This document shows positions 56,980-64,000 of a stretch of 64,000 bases of DNA, one piece after another; positions within the stretch are counted from its first letter, which is position 1; every line of letters starts with the position of its first letter. The notes under the pieces were generated by a model. It made no database searches, had not been told where the DNA came from, and saw nothing but the letters and a program-made list of their open reading frames with translations. Position numbers and translations under genes: made by a program. Origin of the DNA: Monocercomonoides exilis PA203 (lineage: Eukaryota > Protista > Preaxostyla); contig LSRY02000001.1 in NCBI GenBank assembly GCA_001643675.2, positions 434,001 to 498,000 on the forward strand. Direction: 5' to 3'.

Positions 56980-57640
56980 TTAATCAGCTTGAAGAAGGAA
57001 TGAAAAAATTTTCTGAAGAAACAAGAAATTGCTTAAAATTTTCCTAGGTACCTGAATCAGGTTCAAAGAGCATCAAGCTTTTATTCAATTAGAATCAATT
57101 ATACAATTTGGATGGATTCGTGCTTGTTCTCAAACTTAAAAATAGAAAAGAAGTGAAAAAAGAAAAAATGATGATAAAGGTGAAGAATGCTCATTTTCGG
57201 AAGACAACTTAACATTAGGCAACTTTTTTAATCGAATTTGCAATGAGAGAAAGCACTGAAGGTGTTGAAGAAAGGAAAGTTGGCTTTCATTCCAGAAGGC
57301 GAGTCAACAGCTGCAGAAGCATTGTTGCATGGTTGCAAATGAAAAACACTTTTTTCTCAAAGAAAACGCGCAATCCAATCAATCTGGTTGAAAAAAAATG
57401 AGGAAATGGGATTTATCTGAGTATTGAAGTACGTTGATTGAATCCCAAATAACAGCAAAAAAATTAGCAAACTCGTTCCATGATGCGGCACAAGAGCACG
57501 ATGGCGATAGCATTCGGCCTTTTTGTTCAGCAATTCCCTTTCATGAAGAAAATGTTTTTCCCGCCTGCTGAGCAAAAATCTCGTCAATGAACAGATTGAA
57601 GGAGAAGGAGAAGAAAATGTGTTGTCTGTAAAAATGCAGC
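56980..57640 (-). pseudogene. Degraded gene fragment, possibly an N-terminal piece of the surface-protein family
   Basis: Diverged direct repeat of the 50740-51750 fragment with broken frames. Confidence 0.35.
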
Positions 57641-57710
57641 TTGAAATGGATTCTCCCTGCAATTGACGGTCAACACAAAAAATGCTGTTATCTGAAATGG
57701 AAAAATGATA

Positions 57711-58443
57711 CACCAAAAATTATTCAAAATCGAAAAACTTTCAACCAAAGTCGAAAAACTTTCAAACGAAATCGGAAATTATTATTCAAAGTCGGAAAAC
57801 TTTCATTCAAAGTCGAAAAACTTTCAATCAATATCGAAAGTTCGAAAAACTTCGAAGTTACAAAAAGATGACAAAAATCAATAAAAGTCAAAAAAACTTT
57901 GTGATTGTTAAAATATCAATGATATTTGTTATTTTAATGATTTTTCATGTTTTTTCCGATATTTTTCTTTGCTTTATTTTGTCCAATTACAAAATTTATA
58001 AATATGAGAGAAATACTGACACATTTTGATCTTATTTCAATTGAAAGAACACTGCTTTACAAAAGATTGGAAAAATTTATTTATTTATATTTTTTCTCAA
58101 TTAATGAGGAATGATGCACGCAATATCGGCTCTCTAATTTCGCGTTTTTTATATCAAAAAACTCATTTCTAATGGAAGGCAACAAATGTAATAACTTTTG
58201 TTTATTGTTTATTATTGAGTTTACTTTGGTTCAAAATCTTCAAAATTTGCAGAAATCAGCAACGCAAACATTGCAGATAATATTTCCGAAAACAAAAGAA
58301 TATCATTTTTCTTTTGTGGAATGCTTTTGATTAAACGTTTATTTTTTAGTGAAATTTTCGATTTCGTTTGAAAGTTTTTCGATTTCGTTTGCAACTTTTT
58401 CGATTTTGATTGAAAGTTTTTCGACTTTGAATTATTTTTGGTG
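57711..58443. mobile_element. 733-bp non-autonomous element with CAC...GTG termini, TA flanks and 21-bp subterminal tandem repeats (CACTA/EnSpm-like)
   Basis: caccaaaaattattcaaaatcgaaaaactttcaa vs rc caccaaaaataattcaaagtcgaaaaactttcaa. Repeated unit ~aaartcgaaaaactttcaawc in both arms. Confidence 0.82.
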
Positions 58444-59121
58444 TAGAAAAACATGAAAAATAATCAGAATTGTATTTGTAATAAAAAATCTTCAAAAGAG
58501 CACATACACCCTCCCTATTGTAAATGCAGAAGATTGTTCAATCACAGATGATTCCATTCTTTTTTTCCATTGAATCTTACTGCTTCTTTCTCCATCATCC
58601 TTTTTTCCCACATCAACATCCTTCTTTCGATGTTGTTATCCACTTTTTTTCCCCGAAAAAAAAATCTCCGAACTTTTTTCTTTCTAATAATAGTTATTTG
58701 TATTCTTCTTCATATTATTCTTATCCAAATGCTTTTCAATTTTTCTCATTTTCTTACCTTCTCCCAACTGAATACGGAAAATTTGTAATTCCCATCTGCT
58801 GACTGGATCTTGGCACAGCTTTTTTCTGATGTTCTCCTTAGAAAAGCAAAGAAATGATAATTATATAATTTACCAGGTTCATGTGCGGTAAGTGGGAACA
58901 AAGCATCCTGTTCAAAATGCTTTTAAAAACGGAACTGCTCGTTTTTAAAAAAAGTTGTAAGAACATTAGGGATATTTTGACTGGTAAATTTTGTTTAATT
59001 CTAAGAATTGAATAGATGAACCATATTTGAAATTCGTAATAAAAACAAGGTGAGTTTTTTAACTATTTTTGTAAAATAAAACCCTTTCCAGCGATTTAGG
59101 TTCTTGTTTTAATTTATACTA

Positions 59122-60503
59122 GGCATAAGGGAACGATATGGGAGATTTCAAAACTCCTTAAAACATATTTATTAGAAATTAATATGATCACAAATCATCA
59201 TTATTCAAGTTTATGATCATCGGAAATGTGTGTGTATGAAAAAATATAAAAATATGAAAAATATATAAAAATATATGGCTCATCATCTGATGTTTTTTCT
59301 TCTTATGTCACCAGCCCTGTTGATTCTTCTACAATTTCTTCATCTCCCAAAAAATCTTCAATTTGAGAAATTTTGGAATTTTCATCTTCGACTTCCTCTT
59401 CATGAAGATTCTCTGCTGGCTTTTCCACCGTTTATTCTTAACGATTAAAGGTGAAATATCTAGAAATTGAAATTTCAAAGAAGTTTTTATTAGAAGCCTA
59501 GTCAAATGATCAAAAATCAATGACTTTCTCACGCCATGTTGAAAGAATGATCTGAGCAATGTTCCCCTCAAGCCCTCGAAAGTGTTAGTGCATGTGTGCA
59601 AAACAGGATCAACAAATTTTCGATTATGGCAAACAGTTTTATGAGTGTAATCGAATTGATCCAAAGTGGAGTATGTTTTCCACTCGTCGCTCATAATTGT
59701 AGTGCCACTTCGAATTGTTTCCAAAATGATGGGAAGAATGGTTTCACTCTTTCTGTTAGGCACAACTTTCACAAAATGAGGGCCAGCTCCACCTCCCTCC
59801 AACCTCTCAACCCCACCATATATCCAAATTTGTTCATTTCTTCTTCCTCTGTTAAATTTTCTTCTCCTCCACACACTCTCGTCACTTTTAACCAGTTTCT
59901 CTTCTGTAACAATTGCGTTTTGATGGGAATACCAAATTTCCATGAAGGAAACTCTGACGATGCAGCACCAATATCCAACAGTTTTCCAATCCACTCCCAG
60001 CCTTTTTGAAATGAACTTGATATTTGCATCTTATTAATACAGCAAAATAATTCCAAAAACTTTCCCCAATCCTTATTTATTTTTTGAAAAAACTGTTTCA
60101 TCATAAACAGATTTATTTCTCTTGCATTTTGAACAGTTCCAATATCTGTTAAACTTTTCTCCTTCAAATACAATCATTTTTCTTCTGCATCTAACACAAA
60201 TTTTTGTTTTCTTTTTCAAAATTTTTTCAAAAATCCATCTCCACGGTCCGTCTTCGTCTATGAAAACAATATCCAGCTGATGAGGCTTAATTATCTGAAG
60301 ATCCGGCATTGCCATTTCATTATATCTATTTTGATCACAACCCATAACAACTTGTTATTGACCTTTTTCGAAAAATATTTGAAAATTGTAATTATGGATT
60401 TCCGATGATTATTGACATGAAAAATGATGATTTGTTATCATATTAATAACCAATAAATATGTTTGAAGGAGTTTTGAAAACTCCTGTATCGTACCCTTAT
60501 TCC
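59122..60503 (-). mobile_element. Merlin (IS1016/IS1595-related) DNA transposon, 1,382 bp
   Basis: ~105-bp TIRs (ggcataagggaacgatatgggag... vs rc ggaataagggtacgatacaggag...) enclosing a transposase. TSD not recognisable. Confidence 0.88.
59329..60345 (-). pseudogene. ISXO2/IS1595-type DDE transposase with a Zn ribbon; premature stops
   Basis: CVRC...CSKC, then SDESVWRRRKFNRGR, WIYGGVER, VPNRKSETILPII, SDEWKTY, HKTVCH and TNTFEG. In-frame TAA stops between 60075 and ~60030; probable 3' frameshift. Confidence 0.88.
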
Positions 60504-60960
60504 TTCACTCGTTATCAAGGCATTTGTGCCAATTGTCTTTCTAAATCCTAATTAGAAAGAATGAGAGATAATATTTTTTGGGTCTAATCAAAGATAATTG
60601 TGATAAAAAGATTATTATTCATCACTTTTATTTCAAATCGAAAAAGAATGTTTTTTCTTAATATATTAATTTGTATTCATTCGGACAAATATTATCTTGA
60701 AATATTATTTTATCCTTTTTCTTTCTTTCTTTCTTTCTTTTTTTTTTTTAACAGTACGTTTTGTTCCCATTCGCCCATTTTTTTCATTTGAGTAATCTTT
60801 TTTCAGAAACAAAGTTTTATGATAATAACTGTAATGAAAAAATCAAAATTTCAAAATTTCTTGTCTATGTTCAAGCTGTTGCATAATCCAATTATATTCG
60901 TAAACTGTAGTTAATGAATGTAGAATTTACTCAATATTCCCATTAAAATAAATTTAAAAC

Positions 60961-61371
60961 ATGAATCTTTTTTTGTTGTGCTTTGCTTTTAGTGTATTTG
61001 GAAAAACTTACGATGTACTATCAATTCACAAAGCGGAAGCAATTTATGAAGGAATTGAACACATACCATGTCATTTTAGAACTTCATTGTGCCCCGATAG
61101 ATGCGGGCATGCAAAAAATGTTGCAAAATTTAAGATACTAAATTACCTTGCATATGAGAAGAAAGGACATTATGGAGATGAAAAGCAAGAGAATTTTATG
61201 ATTGATATCAATCCTAATGCAACTGTTGATCGGCAGGATGAAGATATTCTACAGATAATAAAAAGTTTGGCTGTTGGAGATAAAGTTGAAATATATTGGG
61301 AGCACATTTATGTTAATGAACATGGATCAATGTATCCAGAGAGACCAGTTCGTTCAATAACTTTAATTTAG
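60961..61371 (+). CDS. Small secreted Cys-motif protein (136 aa), unknown function
   Basis: ATG-initiated intronless ORF with signal peptide MNLFLLCFAFSVFG and motifs CHFRTSLCPDRCGH, YGDEKQ, W-x-H-x-YV and PERPV. Normal globular composition. Confidence 0.85.
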   Translation: MNLFLLCFAFSVFGKTYDVLSIHKAEAIYEGIEHIPCHFRTSLCPDRCGHAKNVAKFKILNYLAYEKKGHYGDEKQENFMIDINPNATVDRQDEDILQIIKSLAVGDKVEIYWEHIYVNEHGSMYPERPVRSITLI

Positions 61372-61667
61372 ATTTATCCAATTAGGGAAGATAAAAGATT
61401 TTCAAACAATAATTTTTTGTTGTATTAACTGTTAGCGTTTTCTTTTTACAAAATTTATATATGCATTTATTTTTATCAAAGCATTTTTGCTATTGTTTTT
61501 TCTTGTGAAATCTTTTTTAGGTAACTTTTTTATCGTTAAAAAATAATATTTCATAATGAATAAAGAAAAATGACAAAAATAATACATGATAATCGAAGCA
61601 AAAATCGTTTTTAAGCACGGTGTATGACACCCCCCCCCTCCTCCTTTCACATACACCCACTCCCATC

Positions 61668-61720
61668 AAAAAACCAAAAAACCAAAAAACCAAAAAACCA
61701 AAAAACCAAAAAAAAAAAAA
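61668..61720 (+). repeat. (CCAAAAAA)n 8-bp tandem repeat
   Basis: Five CC-A6 units, the last running into poly(A). Confidence 0.85.
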
Positions 61721-61773
61721 ATTAAAAATATATCAAACAATACTCGAATTAAACACTCATTATAAAATTATTG

Positions 61774-62118
61774 GGTAAGAGTGGACTCAACCGACACCAT
61801 AAAATTGACAAATATAATCATTTTTCCAACATATTAAATGATAAATACTTAATATATTCTAATTTTTTTAGAAAAATAACTGTAATCAAATATTTTAAAT
61901 CATCTTCTTTCTTATCATTAATTTACAAAAAAATTGGATTTTCTAGGAAAACCCTAACTTTTTTACCTTTTCTTAACCCTAGCAAATAAAACGCGAAAAC
62001 AACTAGTCATACAACACTAAAAAATCTTAAATTCAGAGCTTGTTTAAGAAAAGAAATAACATAAATTTAAATATAATGGGCGTGATCAAAATAGGTGTCG
62101 ATTGATTCCACTTTAACC
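61774..62118. mobile_element. 345-bp MITE with GGT termini and an 8-bp TSD
   Basis: TSD AATTATTG (61766-61773 and 62119-62126). TIR ggtaagagtggactcaaccgacacc vs rc ggttaaagtggaatcaatcgacacc. Internal ACCCTAA/AACCCTAG. Confidence 0.88.
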
Positions 62119-62190
62119 AATTATTGTAACATCCGTAACTCCAAAAAAGTTATCAATACATTAATGAAAAAGACAATAAAATACAGACAA

Positions 62191-64000
62191 TTAAAGTGTT
62201 GTAATTCTAAAAAACTCTATCACATTTTTAACATCGACAGCTTCATTTTCAAATGAAAGAGGATAATAAACCATTGAAAGCAAATAATCTTGGAATCCAA
62301 TTTCTTCACAATTTTCACTCATCTCTTTTTGTACAACAAAAGCAGTTGGTATGTTTTTCTTTTTCGCTTCTTCCCTAATTCTTTGTTCGTTTTTAAGTTC
62401 AGGCACCAATGATAATATTTCATGGTTAACTTTGATAATATCATATCCTAAATCTTCAGTCAATCCATCATAATAAACTTCCAAATTATCGAATTCCTCT
62501 TCAACATTGAAAATATAATTCTTTTTTTGGAAATTAAGATAATTATCCATTCGAGCTTTTATCTTGCTGATTATATTTTGTAATATCCACATTGCTTCTG
62601 ATTTGATTGATGTGCAACTTTCATTTGTTGAATTCAGATACAGCAACAATTCACGAAAGCCACCTCCAGCGACAAAACAATTAACATTTCTGCCTGTTTC
62701 AATTGTTGTCAGAAGATTCAGTGTGCTCATAGCATTTGTTCGCGATGCCAATGACACATCTTGCTTCGTCACTGCGTCCTGTCTTAGAAAATAAAGCACA
62801 AGAGACAAAAGCGAAGGAAGAGGGGATTCAACAGAAGACAGACAATCATTTTCACTTGGCGAAGACGGTGCTAATAAGGATGATGAACCGGTCGAATCAT
62901 TTGCTGCTTTGGAGTCTTCTATCTGCGATTGATAAGTCAAAACGAAAATGCTGAAATATGGATTCAGATGCTGAGTGAGATTGCAAATCAGCTCAGACAT
63001 GTGCTCCCAGCAGAGAATTCTATCGTTCATCTCTTCCCCTTTTTCTATCTTTTGTACTGTTGCAGAAACAGAAGGAAGAGGCGGGCACAGGCAAGTACAG
63101 TTGTGTGTTAAAGAAGGAAGGGTCTCATGAAATTGCTTCTCAATCGTTTTTTTAACATCAATCATATTGTCTTCTTTTTCCTCCTCCATTTCATCATCTT
63201 TAATTCCATTTTCATCACAATCATCTTCGCCCTCTTCTTCCTCTTCTTTTGTATCGCGATGATTTTTAAATGCTTGCGGTTTCATTCCCTGGTTATGAAT
63301 AAGTGCTTTGACTTGATTGAACTGTTGCTTTGTCGCAACTGTTGCAAAGGGAATGTCATTGCTGGGAACAAACTGGTCGCTTGACTGTTTAAAATCCAGT
63401 TTTCTATTTTTTTCAATCTTCTTCTCGACATTTCCCTCTTTACAGAGTTGCGAATCACTTTCAACTGGGTCTATTTCTTTTCTGAGTTGAATAAAAACCT
63501 TATTTAACAATTTGCAAAGAAGAACAAAAGGAAGCACTTTCTTCTTCACCCCAAACAACACATCCTTCAATGAGTATTCACGAATAATGATGCTCCGTGC
63601 ACAAGCAATATCAAAAGCCTTCAAAGCATAAAAAATCGTTGTCGAAGAAAAGTTCTGCACTGATGGTTGTGAAAGCAATGAAGACATGAAAGATGCAAGA
63701 AATGTCATTGACAAAGGTGTAATCTTCGTAATTATCCCTTCTTCAGAGAGATGATAAGCCACTTCGCCTAAAAGATAAAATAAACATATTCGAAACAAAA
63801 GCGATAAAAAAAAATTTGTAGAAATTGTTGAAAATTGTTAAGCAATTTGCAAGTGACCATGAAAGCATAATAAAAATTATAATGCAAACACCATTTATAA
63901 GACTTCGATAGAATGAAAAAGCATTTTTTGACCAATTGTTCCCATTCTGATGATTCCGCTTTTTGACTCAATATTTTGTGAATTGCCACAAAAGTATTTT
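62191..64000 (-). CDS. 5'-partial hypothetical helical/ARM-like protein
   Basis: 535-codon ORF. A plausible intron 63889-63768 (GTTTGC...TTTAG) joins it in frame to ORF 63989-63768. The gene probably continues beyond the window. Confidence 0.7.

Larger units (their letters stand above)
58887..60775. mobile_element. GG-terminated MITE (~500 bp net) hosting the nested Merlin element
   Basis: ggtaagtgggaacaaagcatcctgttcaaaa vs rc ggcgaatgggaacaaaacgtactgttaaaaa. The left end shares ggtaagtggg with the 50862 element. No clear TSD. Confidence 0.65.

Noticed and set aside
57711-57870. CRISPR-like array
   Set aside because: Contiguous tandem units with no unique spacers, mirrored in an inverted arm; eukaryotic context.
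59990-60080. In-frame TAA codons in transposases and family copy 2 suggesting TAR=Gln, as in some oxymonads
   Set aside because: The long ORFs run thousands of codons without TAA/TAG, genes at 27993, 44526, 61371 and 62191 end in TAA/TAG, and TGA lesions also occur. Ordinary nonsense mutations explain it.

Overview
This is eukaryotic protist DNA: AT-rich intergenic regions, short (~55-65 nt) GT-AG introns, standard genetic code and TTAGGG-type motifs. The gene families resemble those of the oxymonad Monocercomonoides (inference from family recognition, not a database search). Recognisable genes are an ASPM/abnormal-spindle homologue broken by two -1 frameshifts, a hugely expanded ATG5 (~1,899 aa, 4 exons) and a 10-exon myristoylated copine/RGLG-type vWA gene. 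There are three intronless Cys-rich GGAI/FxxN beta-helix type-I membrane proteins (one fused to a kinase C-lobe-only pseudokinase), three damaged copies of a lineage-expanded helical-repeat family, a small secreted Cys protein and a 5'-truncated ARM-like gene. The right half is rich in DNA transposons: a pogo/Fot1-like DD35D element, a Merlin/IS1595-type element nested in a MITE, several GG-terminated MITEs with 8-bp TSDs, a CAC...GTG element and a foldback cluster. The most unusual signal is a ~400-bp DNA-transposon cassette, present in two diverged copies, that carries telomere-like TTAGGG seeds plus a tRNA-type Pol III unit (A box, B box, oligo-T).
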